Shown here: piece after piece, positions 1 through 11,515 of the stretch
Numbering within the stretch: the first letter of the stretch is position 1
Layout of the letters: every line of letters begins with the position of its first letter
NCBI GenBank assembly: GCA_016789705.1
Contig: JAEUQR010000158.1
Coordinates: forward strand, 6,550-70,549
Direction of reading: 5' to 3'
From: Acidobacteriota bacterium
GTDB lineage: Bacteria > Acidobacteriota > Vicinamibacteria > Vicinamibacterales > UBA2999
Length of the DNA stretch: 64,000 bases
Translations under genes and position numbers: made by a program
Notes under the pieces: generated by a model
The model's database searches: none
What the model was told of the DNA's origin: nothing
Seen by the model: only the letters and a program-made list of their open reading frames with translations

Positions 1-36
1 TCAGCAACTTATGGTCAGGCAGCTCAACCGGCCCAG

Positions 37-52
37 CTGGTACGTCGCTTGC
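37..52 (+). promoter_or_regulatory. Putative sigma-54 (-24/-12) promoter for the KGG stress protein
   Basis: CTGGTACGTCGCTTGC matches TGGCACG-N4-TTGC with exact GG-N10-GC spacing, 40 nt before the start codon. Confidence 0.6.
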
Positions 53-92
53 CCTGCTCATGTGCAGCAGCTTCAAGCAGCAGAGGTGATTC

Positions 93-305
93 GTGAACGA
101 GAAGCCAAAAGCCAGGCGCGGATTCGCGTCGATGTCCCCGGAAAAGCAGCGTGAGATCGCCAGCAAGGGCGGTCGGGCGGCACACGCCAAGGGGACGGCC
201 CACGAGTGGTCGTCCAACGAGGCGCGTGACGCGGGTCGGAAGGGCGGGATGGTCAGCCGCGGCGGACGGGGCAAACTGCCAGCCGCGCAGGAGTCGGCCG
301 CGTAG
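93..305 (+). CDS. KGG-repeat general stress protein (Con-10/YciG-like)
   Basis: RGFASMSPEKQREIASKGG...HEWSSNEARDAGRKGG motifs; GAGGTG SD; GTG start. Confidence 0.9.
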   Translation: MNEKPKARRGFASMSPEKQREIASKGGRAAHAKGTAHEWSSNEARDAGRKGGMVSRGGRGKLPAAQESAA

Positions 306-310
306 ACGCG

Positions 311-2347
311 CTAGCGCCTCCGTGACGACGCGCGTGCCACCTGGACACGCGCGTCGTTGAAGCAGGCTCCACCTCCCAGGTCCGTCAGCGTGTCGGGCAC
401 GAGGGCGTTCGACGTGAGGCGATTGCCGGTATGCCGGCGCCACACGCCTTTCGGGAACGCCACCGTGCCCGGCCGCACGAGGGCCGTGACTTTCACCGGA
501 CAGTCGAGCGTGCCGAGGGCATTCGTGACCGTGACGTCGTCGCCGTCTTCCAGACCACGCGCGGCGGCGTCGTCCGGGTGCATTTCGAGGCGCACGACGG
601 GCCGCTCGAGTTCGCCGAGCGTCGAGCTGATGGTGCGCTCCGAGGCCGGCGAGATGAGCGCCAGGGGATAGTCGGGCGTTCCCGGGTCGTCGATGTAGGC
701 GTACAGCCCCTGCGGTGCTTCCCGGTCGAGATGCTCGGGGAAGAGCGCCACCCTGCCATCGGGCGTGCGCGGGAAGACGTCCACGAACTGCACCGGCCGT
801 CCGTGCCACGGTGGCGTGGCGTGGCCGAGGTCGCCGATTTCGGCCGGCATGTTGCCCGGCAGCGCCGCCATCACCTGCAGCATCTGCTCGAGTTCCCCGG
901 TCGCGTCGGTGCCGCGCCCGAGGTCCATGCGGGCGAGCAGTTCCGCGAAGACATCGGTGTTCGGCCGTGATTCGGCCACCGGTTCGATGACCGGCCGCGT
1001 CATGTGCATCGAGAGCGAGCCGTACGCCCTGGCGAAGTCATAGTGCTCGAGGAAGGTCGTCGCCGGCAGGACGACGTCCGCGTAGACGGCCGTATCCGTG
1101 AGCACCTGGTCGAAGACCACCGTGAAGAGATCCTCGCGGGCCAGGCCCGCGAGCACGCGCTGCTGATCCGGCAGCGTCACCGCGGGATTGCAGTTGTAGA
1201 CGAAGAGCCCGCGCACTGGTGTGCCCGCGGGCTCGAGCAACTCGCGGCCGACGCGGTTCATGTTGACGACACGGGTCGGCGGTTCGGCGTCCTCGCGCCA
1301 CGACGGCGTGATGCCCCACGACGCCGAGTTGCTCATCGAATAGCCGCCGCCGCGCACGCCGAACTTGCCGCCCACGGCCGGCAGCGCCAGCACCGCGGCC
1401 GCCGCGTTGCCGCCGTTCCTGTTGCGCTCGAGGCCCCAGCCGCACTTGATGAGAGCCGGCGATGCCGTGGCATAGAGCCGCGCCACCCGTTCGAGGTCGG
1501 ACACGCGCAGGCCGCTCACCTCGGCGGCTCGCTCGAACGTCCACGCGCTGGCGCGTACGCGCAGCTGCTCCCATCCCGTGGTGTGGGCCTCCAGGAAGGC
1601 CTGATCGGCGGCGCCGCTCTCGAAGAGATGCCGGTGCAGCGCGAGCGCGACGACGACGTCGGTACCCGGGCGGATCGCGAGATGGATGTCGGCCTGGCGC
1701 GCCACGGTCGTCGCCCGCGGATCGATGACGACGAGGGTGGCGCCGTTCGCCCGCGCCTGCTTCAGATAGGGCATCAGGTGGATGCCGGAGGCCGAGGGAT
1801 TCGCGCCCCACACGAGGATGACCTTCGCGTGTTCGTAGTCGGCGTAGACGACCGACGGCATCTTGCCGTAGAGGCCCATGTTGGCCGCGCCGGTGGGCGC
1901 CGCGCAGACCGTGCGGTCGAGGCGCGCCGAACCGAGGCGGCGGAAGAAGGCCGCGTCGGTCGTGTCCTGGGTGAGCAGGCCGTTCGAGCCGCCGTAGGAC
2001 AGTGGCAGGATGGCCTCGCCGCCGTGGGTGGCGCGGATCCCTGCGAAGGTCGTGGCGATGGTGTCGAGGGCGTCATTCCAGCTCACGCGCCTGAATCGGC
2101 CCTCCCCCTTGGCGCCGACGCGCACGGCGGGGAACTGCAGCCGGTCTTCGCCGTAGATGCGGCGATCGAAGTGGCGCACCTTGCTGCAGATGTAGCCGCC
2201 GGTGACGGGATTGACGGTGCTGCCGTCGATGACCGTGATGCGCCCGCCGCGCACGGTCACGTTGAGCGTGCAGGCATCGGGACAGTCGAGCGGGCAGGCC
2301 GTCTCGACGGTGGCTTCAGGCGGGGCGACGGCGGGGCGGATTGCCAT
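311..2347 (-). CDS. Molybdopterin-dependent oxidoreductase (DMSO reductase family)
   Basis: N-terminal CPLDCPDAC...C Fe-S motif, DVVLPATTFLE, C-terminal molybdopterin dinucleotide-binding domain; start trimmed to ATG 2347. Confidence 0.9.
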   Translation of the reverse strand: MAIRPAVAPPEATVETACPLDCPDACTLNVTVRGGRITVIDGSTVNPVTGGYICSKVRHFDRRIYGEDRLQFPAVRVGAKGEGRFRRVSWNDALDTIATTFAGIRATHGGEAILPLSYGGSNGLLTQDTTDAAFFRRLGSARLDRTVCAAPTGAANMGLYGKMPSVVYADYEHAKVILVWGANPSASGIHLMPYLKQARANGATLVVIDPRATTVARQADIHLAIRPGTDVVVALALHRHLFESGAADQAFLEAHTTGWEQLRVRASAWTFERAAEVSGLRVSDLERVARLYATASPALIKCGWGLERNRNGGNAAAAVLALPAVGGKFGVRGGGYSMSNSASWGITPSWREDAEPPTRVVNMNRVGRELLEPAGTPVRGLFVYNCNPAVTLPDQQRVLAGLAREDLFTVVFDQVLTDTAVYADVVLPATTFLEHYDFARAYGSLSMHMTRPVIEPVAESRPNTDVFAELLARMDLGRGTDATGELEQMLQVMAALPGNMPAEIGDLGHATPPWHGRPVQFVDVFPRTPDGRVALFPEHLDREAPQGLYAYIDDPGTPDYPLALISPASERTISSTLGELERPVVRLEMHPDDAAARGLEDGDDVTVTNALGTLDCPVKVTALVRPGTVAFPKGVWRRHTGNRLTSNALVPDTLTDLGGGACFNDARVQVARASSRRR

Positions 2348-2422
2348 GCGCCATCTTATCAAGCGCGTCCGCGAACGGCGTCCGCAGGCGTCCCCGGCCT
2401 GGCCGCCATGGGGCCGCCGGTG

Positions 2423-3667
2423 CTAGGGCGCGGTGGCCGCCCGCGTTTTCACGCGCGCGCCATCGGCGAGCTCGCGCAGGGCCTGAAAGGGGCCGGAGAC
2501 GATCGACGTGCCCTCGGCCACGCCGTCCACCTCGATCTGCAGACCGCCGATGATCCCCGTCGTGAGCTTGCGGAACGTGGCGATGCCGTTCTCGACCACG
2601 AACACGCCGGTGTCGCTGCCGCGCTGCACGACGGCCTGGAGCGGTACCGCGAGCACGTTCGAGCGTTCCGCCACGAGGATCTCCGCATCGCACGTGAGGC
2701 CCGGCCGGAGCGCCGAGGTGTCACCGGCCAGCCGCACCTTGACCCTGAACTCGCGCGCCGCCGCCTGCGTGCCCACCTGCGGCAGCGCACTGGCGCCGAT
2801 CTCCACCACCTTGCCCGGGAACCTGCGTCCGCCGGCGGCTTCGAGGGAGACGGTGGCCGTGTTGTCGAGGGCCAGGCGTAGCACATCGGCTTCGGCCACC
2901 TTGACCTCGGCGTTGATGGCGCTCAGGTCCGACACGGTCATCAGGATGGTGCCCGGCTGGTTCTGCACGCCGATGACGACCATCTCGCCCTCTTCGACAT
3001 CGAGCCGCGTGACGACGCCGTCGATGGGCGCGGTGATTTCGGTCTTGTCGAGCAGGTCGCGGGCGCGGGTCTGCTCGGCGCGGCCCTGGGAGACCCGCCG
3101 CTCGGCGGCGTCACGTGTCTGGGCGGCGCGGGCCACGGCGGCGGCCGCGGCTTCGGCCTGCGCGGCCGCGCTGTCGGCGTTGGCCACGGCGGTGTCGAGC
3201 TCCGACTGGGGGATGAGACCGGCCGTGCGCAGATCCTTCGCGCGCGCGAGGGCCTTCTGGGTCTCCGCGGCCCGGGCCCGCGCGGCCTCGAGGTCGGCCT
3301 GCGCGGACCGCGCCTGATCGGCGGCGCCACGCGCGTCGGCTTCGAGGGCGCCGAGGCCGGCCGATGCGGCAGCGGCAGAACTGGCCGCCTGCACACGGTC
3401 AATGCGCGCCAGCACCTGCCCCGCTTTCACGCGATCCCCTTCTTTCACGGACAGGCCTACCAGCCGGCCCATGGCGCTCGAACCGATGTCGGCGTAGCGC
3501 GTGGCCACGATCTCGCCGGACGCCGTGACGAACGACTGCAGACTGGCGACACGGGTGACCGTGGCGAGGTCCACGTCGGTGGCCTCGGGCCCGCCGCGGC
3601 GGGACATCACGGCGAATCCGACAAGAGCGACTACGACCAGGGCGATGAGCAGACGGCGCGGGGTCAT
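2423..3667 (-). CDS. Efflux transporter periplasmic adaptor (MacA/HlyD-like membrane fusion protein)
   Basis: N-terminal TM, VKEGDRVKAGQVL lipoyl motif, long coiled coil, ITAPIDGVV; start trimmed to ATG 3667. Confidence 0.9.
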   Translation of the reverse strand: MTPRRLLIALVVVALVGFAVMSRRGGPEATDVDLATVTRVASLQSFVTASGEIVATRYADIGSSAMGRLVGLSVKEGDRVKAGQVLARIDRVQAASSAAAASAGLGALEADARGAADQARSAQADLEAARARAAETQKALARAKDLRTAGLIPQSELDTAVANADSAAAQAEAAAAAVARAAQTRDAAERRVSQGRAEQTRARDLLDKTEITAPIDGVVTRLDVEEGEMVVIGVQNQPGTILMTVSDLSAINAEVKVAEADVLRLALDNTATVSLEAAGGRRFPGKVVEIGASALPQVGTQAAAREFRVKVRLAGDTSALRPGLTCDAEILVAERSNVLAVPLQAVVQRGSDTGVFVVENGIATFRKLTTGIIGGLQIEVDGVAEGTSIVSGPFQALRELADGARVKTRAATAP

Positions 3668-3763
3668 CACGGGTAAGTGTATGCTTTCGACGCACCATTC
3701 GACGCGGAGGTCCCCGGGCCCCGGGGCCTGCGGCAGGTTTTCTGCGTCCAACGGCTTGTCCCC

Positions 3764-5014
3764 ATGCCCCGACCGTCGCGCGTTCGCCGAGTCACCGATG
3801 CCATGTGGCAAGGCGTGGCGGCCGCTGCCGCGCACCGCCTGCGTTCGTCACTGGGCGCCCTGGCGATTGCCGCCGCCGTTGCCACGATCGTCATCGTCGT
3901 CGCCGCCCTCGACGGTGTCGCCGCGTACGCGCGCACCACGACGGCCCGGGCCTTCGGGTCCGACACGTTCCTCATCGCGCAGGTCGCCTCGCCCGGCCGT
4001 GTCTCGCGCCGGGAACTGCAGGAGCAACTGCAGCGCAACCCGGCGATCCGCCGCATTGAACTGACGGCGATGGAGCGGCTGGCCGGCGGACTCGTCGAGT
4101 ACGCCCCGAACGCGCAGACCACCGCGGAAGTCGCCGCCGGCGGCCGCACCTACGAAAACGGCGCCGTCACGGGTACCTGGTCCACCCTGGCCGGCCTGCG
4201 CGACCTGGCCATCGTGCGCGGTCGGTTCTTCCGGGCCGACGAAGATCGGTCGGGCGCGCAGGTTGCCGTCATCGGCGCCGACGTCGCCGAGACGCTCTAC
4301 CCGGGGCAGGATGCGCTCGGCAAGACCATCCGGCTCGCCGGCCGCCGCTTCGAAGTCATCGGTCTGCAGGACCGCCTCGGGAACTCCGGCGGCGCCTCAC
4401 TCGACCGCTACGTATGGATTCCGCTCTCGGCCTACGAGCGGGCCTTCGGCTCGCCGCGCAGCCTGCAGATCTTTGCCAAGACCACGGCCGGACGTCCGTC
4501 GGTGGACGGGGAAGACCGCGCCCGCATTTCGCTGCGCGCGGCCCGCCGGCTCGAGCCCGGCGTGACCGACACGTTCGACCTGCTCACGCCGGATGCGGCG
4601 CGCGGCTTCGTGCTGAACCTCTCGCAGCGGATTGGCGCGGCGGCCGGCCCCATTTCCGCGATGGCGCTGCTGGCGGCGATTGTCGTCGTCACGAACACCG
4701 TGCTCGTCTCGGTCACGACGCGCACGCGCGAGATCGGCGTGCGCCGGGCGCTCGGCGCCTCGCGCGCCCAGATCATGCAGGAAGTGCTGTCGGAGGCGGT
4801 GGTCGTCGCCGTCGTCGGCGGCGCCGTGGGCGTCGCCGTGGCGGCGGGCCTCGTGCAACTCCTGGCCTCGGCGCTCGGCGTGCCGATTGGCGTGAGCGTC
4901 ACGACGCTCGTCGTCGCCATCAGCGCCGCCGGCCTGAGCGGCATCCTCGCCGGCTGGTATCCGGCACGCCGGGCCACGCGGCTCGACGTCATCACCGCGC
5001 TGAGGACGGAATAG
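3764..5014 (+). CDS. ABC transporter permease, MacB/FtsX family
   Basis: GRFF periplasmic motif, RTREIGVRRALGA, C-terminal YPARRA; start approximate. Confidence 0.9.
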   Translation: MPRPSRVRRVTDAMWQGVAAAAAHRLRSSLGALAIAAAVATIVIVVAALDGVAAYARTTTARAFGSDTFLIAQVASPGRVSRRELQEQLQRNPAIRRIELTAMERLAGGLVEYAPNAQTTAEVAAGGRTYENGAVTGTWSTLAGLRDLAIVRGRFFRADEDRSGAQVAVIGADVAETLYPGQDALGKTIRLAGRRFEVIGLQDRLGNSGGASLDRYVWIPLSAYERAFGSPRSLQIFAKTTAGRPSVDGEDRARISLRAARRLEPGVTDTFDLLTPDAARGFVLNLSQRIGAAAGPISAMALLAAIVVVTNTVLVSVTTRTREIGVRRALGASRAQIMQEVLSEAVVVAVVGGAVGVAVAAGLVQLLASALGVPIGVSVTTLVVAISAAGLSGILAGWYPARRATRLDVITALRTE

Positions 5015-6300
<1,286 letters not shown>

Positions 6301-6301
<1 letters not shown>

Positions 6302-7551
6302 TGGCCGGCCTGCCACGCGTGGTCGTCGTCGGCGGCGGCTTTGCGGGACTGGCCGCGGTGAAGGCGCTGGCGGGCGCGCCCGTCGAGGTGGTGGTGGTCG
6401 ACCGCCACAATCACCATGTCTTCCAGCCGCTGCTGTACCAGGTGGCCACCGCGGGGCTCTCGCCCGCGGACATCGCGGCGCCCATCCGCTGGATTCTGCG
6501 GCGCCAGGCGAACGTGCGCGTGCTGCTCGACGAGGTCGTGCGCGTGCATCCGGCCGCGCGGCGGCTGGACCTGGCGGCGAGCGGCGCGCTGACCTACGAC
6601 CATCTCGTCGTCGCCACCGGCGTGACTCACGCCTACTTCGGCCGCGACGACTGGGCGGCGCACGCACCCGGCCTCAAGACCCTCGACGACGCGGTGGCGA
6701 TTCGCCGCCGCGTGCTCGTGGCCTTCGAGAAGGCGGAACGGGAAACGGATCCGGCGCGTCAGCGCGAGCTGCTGACGTTCGTCGTGATCGGCGGCGGCCC
6801 GACCGGCGTCGAGATGGCCGGCGCGATTGCGGAGATCGCCCGGCAGGCGCTCGCGGACGAATTCGATGCCGTGGCGCCGCGCACGGCGCGTGTCCTGCTG
6901 CTCGAAGGCGGGCCGACCATCCTGCCCGCCTACGTGGACCGCCTGCGCGCTTCGGCGCGCGAGGCGCTCACCGCGCTCGGGGTCGAGGTGCGCGAGTCCA
7001 CCCGCGTGACCGACGTCGGCGACGGCGTGGTGCGCGCGGGGGCCGAGACGATCGTCGCCGGCACGATCGTGTGGGCGGCCGGCGTGCAAGCCTCGCCGAT
7101 CGGCCGGCAGCTCGGCGCCGAGGTCGATGGCAGCGGCCGCGTCCGCGTGGCGGCGGACCTGTCGGTGCCGGGGCATCCGGAGGTGTTCGTCGTCGGCGAC
7201 CTCATGGCGCTTGCCGGCGCCGACGGGGCGCCCGTGCCGGGCGTGGCGCAGGCGGCCATGCAGTCGGGGCGCCGTGCCGCGGCGAACATCCTCGCGCGCC
7301 TGCAGGGACGTCCGCCGGCGCCGTTCACCTATCGCGACCTCGGCAACATGGCCACCATCGGCCGCGCGCACGCGGTGGCCGATCTCGGGTGGGTGCGCCT
7401 CACCGGCTACCTGGCGTGGCTCGCCTGGCTGTTCCTCCACCTGCTCTTCCTCGTCGGCTTCAAGAACAAGGTGGTGGTGCTCGTGCAGTGGCTCGTGGCT
7501 TACGTCACACGCCAGCGCGGCGTGCGGCTCATCACCGGCGACGAGCGCTGA
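6301..7551 (+). CDS. ndh: Type II NADH:quinone oxidoreductase (NAD(P)/FAD-dependent)
   Basis: GGGFAG, HVFQPLLYQVAT, GGGPTGVE, WAAGV, FVVGD motifs. Confidence 0.88.
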
Positions 7552-7554
7552 GTC

Positions 7555-9141
7555 TCAGCGTTCAAGGCGCAGCACCCGGCCGGCGAGACCGCCCGTGAAG
7601 GTGCCGCGATCGCGGACCACGCGGCCGTTCACCACGATCGTGTCGAGGCCCTCGGCGAGCTGGTGCGGGTTCTCGTAGGTCGACGCTTCGCGGACGCGCG
7701 CCAGATCGAACACGAGCAGGTCGGCGAAGGCGCCGGGCCTCACGGCGCCGCGGTCCTTGATGCCGAAGACCCCGGCGGCGAGCGCCGTCATCGAGCGGAT
7801 GGCGAAGGGCAGGGCGACCACGCCGCGCTCGCGCACGTACCGCTGCAGCTTGCGGGGGAAGGCGCCATAGGCGCGCGGATGCGGCTTGCCTTCGGTCATC
7901 GGCTGCAGATCGCCGTCGGTGCACGTCATCGTCCACGACTGCCGCATGATGAGGGCGATGTCGTCTTCCGACATGTTGAACGAGACGAGGCCGGCATCAC
8001 CCTTCTCGAGCAGCGTGAGCGCGTACTCCTCGGGCGGCAGCCCGGCGGCCTTCGCGAGGTCCGAGAGGCGCTGGCCTTCGATCGACGTGTCGGGCGCGTA
8101 CTCCGAGATGAGGAACGTGTCGGCGCCGCCGCGGCGTGCCAGATTCGCCCGCACCTCGTCGCGCACCTTGCCGCGCAGTTCGCCGGTGATGCGACGGGTG
8201 AGCACCTCGCGGCCGCCCACCTGCGCCCAGCGGGGGATGAGCGCGCCGACGATGCCGGTGCCGCTCGCTTCGTAGGGATACTGGTCCGCGAAGACCGGCA
8301 CGCCGCGGGCGCGTGCCGCCTCGATGTGCGCGACCAGCGTCTTCGAGAGGCCCCAGCTCGCCGGGCCGAGCGCCTTCATGTGTGTGACCACGCCGGTCAC
8401 GCCGCCCTGCTCGGCGATCGCGATGACTTCGTCCACCGCCGCCACGACGCCCACGCCGTAGTCGGCCTCGTCGCGGATGTGGCTGCTGTAGCTGCCGCGG
8501 AAGGGCGCTACCTCCTTCGCCATGGCGATGACTTCCGGCGTCTTCGAATACGACCCCGGCGCGTAGTAGAGGCCGCTCGAGAGCCCGAACGCGCCGGCCC
8601 GCATGCCGTCGCGCACGAGCGTGTTCATGCGGGCCTGGTCGGCCGGGGAGGGATCGCGGTCGGACATCCCGAGGACGGCCGCGCGGACCGACCCGTGCGG
8701 CACCATCAGCCCCACGTTCAGGCCGATGCCGCCCTTCTCGTACCCGGCACGCTGCGCCACGAGGTCCACCGGCCCGCCGCCGTCGGGATTCACGAGCACG
8801 GTCGTGATGCCCTGCGCGAGCACTGGCCGGCCCTCCCGCAGAGCGGGTGTGCCGAGGCCCGGGCCGGCGTGGGAGTGGACGTCGATGAATCCGGGCGTCA
8901 CATACCGGCCTGCCGCGTCGATGATGGTCGTCGCGGTCGCGCCGCCGAGGTCACCGACGGCCTGGATCCGGTCGCCGGTCACGGCAACATCCGCCCGCAC
9001 GGGGGCGTTGCCGGTGCCGTCCACGACCTGCCCGCCGCGGATGATGAGGTCGTACCGCGGTTGCGCCCGCAGGCCGACCGCGGCGGCGGCCAGCAGCACG
9101 AGCAGCAGGGCAGGAGTGAGGCGTCGGCCGGGTATGGGCAT
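7555..9141 (-). CDS. N-acyl-D-amino acid deacylase (amidohydrolase) with signal peptide
   Basis: PGFIDVHSH, QGITT, SHIRDE, HPRAYGAFPR; hydrophobic N-terminus. Confidence 0.88.
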   Translation of the reverse strand: MPIPGRRLTPALLLVLLAAAAVGLRAQPRYDLIIRGGQVVDGTGNAPVRADVAVTGDRIQAVGDLGGATATTIIDAAGRYVTPGFIDVHSHAGPGLGTPALREGRPVLAQGITTVLVNPDGGGPVDLVAQRAGYEKGGIGLNVGLMVPHGSVRAAVLGMSDRDPSPADQARMNTLVRDGMRAGAFGLSSGLYYAPGSYSKTPEVIAMAKEVAPFRGSYSSHIRDEADYGVGVVAAVDEVIAIAEQGGVTGVVTHMKALGPASWGLSKTLVAHIEAARARGVPVFADQYPYEASGTGIVGALIPRWAQVGGREVLTRRITGELRGKVRDEVRANLARRGGADTFLISEYAPDTSIEGQRLSDLAKAAGLPPEEYALTLLEKGDAGLVSFNMSEDDIALIMRQSWTMTCTDGDLQPMTEGKPHPRAYGAFPRKLQRYVRERGVVALPFAIRSMTALAAGVFGIKDRGAVRPGAFADLLVFDLARVREASTYENPHQLAEGLDTIVVNGRVVRDRGTFTGGLAGRVLRLER

Positions 9142-9281
9142 GGTGTCAGGGGGCAGGGCGGCGGCATGCCGCGCGCGCCCGAATTGTAGCGGGCGTGGCG
9201 GCAGAGGTCCTGTATTCATCCATGCCAGGAACCGATACAATCGATGATCCCTTGGCGGCCCGGCCGCCCGACCACCAGGCC

Positions 9282-9473
9282 ATGACACATTCGAACCGCT
9301 TCGACCCGGACCTCACGACCGCTGAACTCGCCGCCCTGATGGGGTGGGCCACCTCGGGCCCGGCCTGGGGCGAGCTCTCGTTCGATCAGGCCGACGGCTT
9401 CGCCCCCGGCGACGACGTCGAGCAGCCCGGCACCGACGTCAGCGACGATCGCGGCTACGGCTTCGGCGTGTAA
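9282..9473 (+). CDS. Small acidic hypothetical protein (63 aa)
   Basis: Strongly GC3-biased codons, fills an intergenic gap, upstream TACAAT at 9236-9241. Confidence 0.6.
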   Translation: MTHSNRFDPDLTTAELAALMGWATSGPAWGELSFDQADGFAPGDDVEQPGTDVSDDRGYGFGV

Positions 9474-9488
9474 CACGCCGGCGCCCGT

Positions 9489-10718
9489 CTATTTTCTCGC
9501 GTACTTCGCGTCCACGTAGTCATCGACCAGCTGCTGGAACGCCGCCGCGAGTTCTTCGTAGCTGCCGCGCAGTGTCGAGTGGTGTTCGCCGTCGATGAAG
9601 ACGGGGCACGTCGGCGCTTCGCCGGTGCCCGGCAGCGAGATGCCGATATTCGCGGCCTTCGACTCGCCGGGGCCGTTCACGACGCACCCCATCACCGCCA
9701 GGGTGAGCGTCTCAACGCCCTCGTACTTCACCTTCCACACCGGCATCTGCTCGCGGATGTAGGCCTGCACGCGTTCGGCCAGTTCCTGGAAGGTGGAGCT
9801 CGTCGTGCGGCCGCAGCCGGGGCACGCGGTGACGCTCGGCGCGAACGTCCGCAGGCCCATCGCCTGCAGGATCTCGCACGCGGCGTACACCTCTTCGCGG
9901 CGATCGCCGCCGGGGCGCGGCGTGAGTGACACGCGAATCGTGTCGCCGATGCCTTCGTTGAGCAGGGCGCCGAGGGCGGCGGCCGACCACGTGAGGCCCT
10001 TCACACCCATGCCGGCTTCGGTCAGGCCGAGATGCAGCGGCTGCGTCGTCTGCTTCGCGAGCGCGCGATACACCTGGATGAGGTGCGTGGGCCGCGACAC
10101 CTTGCACGAGATGATGATCTGGTTGACGGTGAGGCCGCTCTCGAGCGCGAGTTCCGTCGACTGCAGGGCCGAGAGCACCATGCATTCGTTCACGATCTCA
10201 TCGGAGGTCAGGCCGAGGTTCCGGTCGGTGTTCTCCTGCATGCGCGCCATCACCAGCTCCTGGTTCAGGGAGCCGCCGTTGACGCCGATCCGTACCGGCT
10301 TGCCGTGGTCGCGCGCCACGCTGCAGATGGTGGCGAACTGCTCGTCACGCCGCCTGCCGGTGCCGACGTTGCCGGGGTTGATGCGGTACTTGTCGAGCGC
10401 CGCGGCGCAGTCGGGAAAACGCGTGAGCAGCAGGTGGCCGTTGTAGTGGAAGTCGCCGATGAGCGGCGCCGTGCAGCCGGCATCGAGCATGCGCTGCTTG
10501 ATCTCGGGGACGGCCGCCGCCGCTTCCGGCAGGTTGACGGTGACGCGCACCATCTCCGAGCCGGCCTCGGCGAGCTCGATGCATTGCCGGGCGGTGGATG
10601 CCGCATCGGCCGTGTCGGTCATCGTCATCGACTGCACGACCACCGGGGCGCCGCTGCCCACGGTGATGCCGCCGACCTTCACGGGCACCGTACGGTGCCG
10701 CTGCGAGAGTTGAATCAT
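9489..10718 (-). CDS. ispG: (E)-4-hydroxy-3-methylbut-2-enyl-diphosphate synthase
   Basis: [56 protein letters not shown]. Confidence 0.97.
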   Translation of the reverse strand: MIQLSQRHRTVPVKVGGITVGSGAPVVVQSMTMTDTADAASTARQCIELAEAGSEMVRVTVNLPEAAAAVPEIKQRMLDAGCTAPLIGDFHYNGHLLLTRFPDCAAALDKYRINPGNVGTGRRRDEQFATICSVARDHGKPVRIGVNGGSLNQELVMARMQENTDRNLGLTSDEIVNECMVLSALQSTELALESGLTVNQIIISCKVSRPTHLIQVYRALAKQTTQPLHLGLTEAGMGVKGLTWSAAALGALLNEGIGDTIRVSLTPRPGGDRREEVYAACEILQAMGLRTFAPSVTACPGCGRTTSSTFQELAERVQAYIREQMPVWKVKYEGVETLTLAVMGCVVNGPGESKAANIGISLPGTGEAPTCPVFIDGEHHSTLRGSYEELAAAFQQLVDDYVDAKYARK

Positions 10719-10731
10719 CGTCAGACCGGAA

Positions 10732-10953
10732 TCAGTTTTCTTCGCGCCAGCCGCTCTCGAGCAGCGTGACCCTGATGTCGTCGGCGCGGAACAGCGCCAC
10801 GTCGAGGGCGTCAAAGTTCTCGGCCCGATCCATGACGTCGTCCACGAACACGGTCAGCGTCGAATGGGGCTCGCCGGGAATCACGATGGCACGGGCCTGC
10901 TCACCGCTCTTGCTCCAGAGACGCCACAGGACGGTGGGACTCGACAACTCCAT
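10732..10953 (-). CDS. Small hypothetical protein (73 aa)
   Basis: Coding-like codon use, collinear with ispG, TATGAT 7 nt upstream of ATG. Confidence 0.7.
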   Translation of the reverse strand: MELSSPTVLWRLWSKSGEQARAIVIPGEPHSTLTVFVDDVMDRAENFDALDVALFRADDIRVTLLESGWREEN

Positions 10954-10977
10954 CCCCCCGATCATATCGCGGGGCGG

Positions 10978-11511
10978 TCAGGCGCCGGTGGCGGCCTTCG
11001 TGGCGGCGGTGTAGGCGGCCGACCCGCCGCGCGGAATCGACAGGACGTGCCACGCGTCGCCCTTGAGGTGCTTGGCGACGAGCACGATCTGGTAGGCGTG
11101 GCCGGCGTAGTGGGCGAGCTGGCGGGTGAGGGCGGCGAGCACCGACTGGCCCTCACCGCGAATCGTGACCGTGCGCGTGAGGTCGTCGTCGGTCAGTGTG
11201 GCGAGCGTATCGGCGAGCACCTGCCAGCCTGACTGCCACGAGGCCATCAGCGCATCGTGATCGCGCGCCGGCGGCTCGAACTCCGCGTCACGCTGGCGCC
11301 ATGGCTTCTCGCCGTCGGTCGTGAGGAAGTCCGTCCAGCGCGAACGCATGTTGCCGGCCAGGTGCTGCATGAGCATGGCCACGCTGTTGGCCTCGGCGTC
11401 GAGGCGGATGTGCAACTGCTCCTCGGAGAGCTGCGCGATCGAACGATCGCACAACTGGCGGGTCTTCTGGAACTCGCGCTCGAACGCGTCGACCACCAGA
11501 CGGCCCGCCAT
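10978..11511 (-). CDS. DinB/DUF1572 family protein
   Basis: NSVAMLMQHLAGNMRSRWTDFLTTDGEKPWRQRDAEF, HYAGHAYQI. Confidence 0.9.
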   Translation of the reverse strand: MAGRLVVDAFEREFQKTRQLCDRSIAQLSEEQLHIRLDAEANSVAMLMQHLAGNMRSRWTDFLTTDGEKPWRQRDAEFEPPARDHDALMASWQSGWQVLADTLATLTDDDLTRTVTIRGEGQSVLAALTRQLAHYAGHAYQIVLVAKHLKGDAWHVLSIPRGGSAAYTAATKAATGA

Positions 11512-11515
11512 GGTG

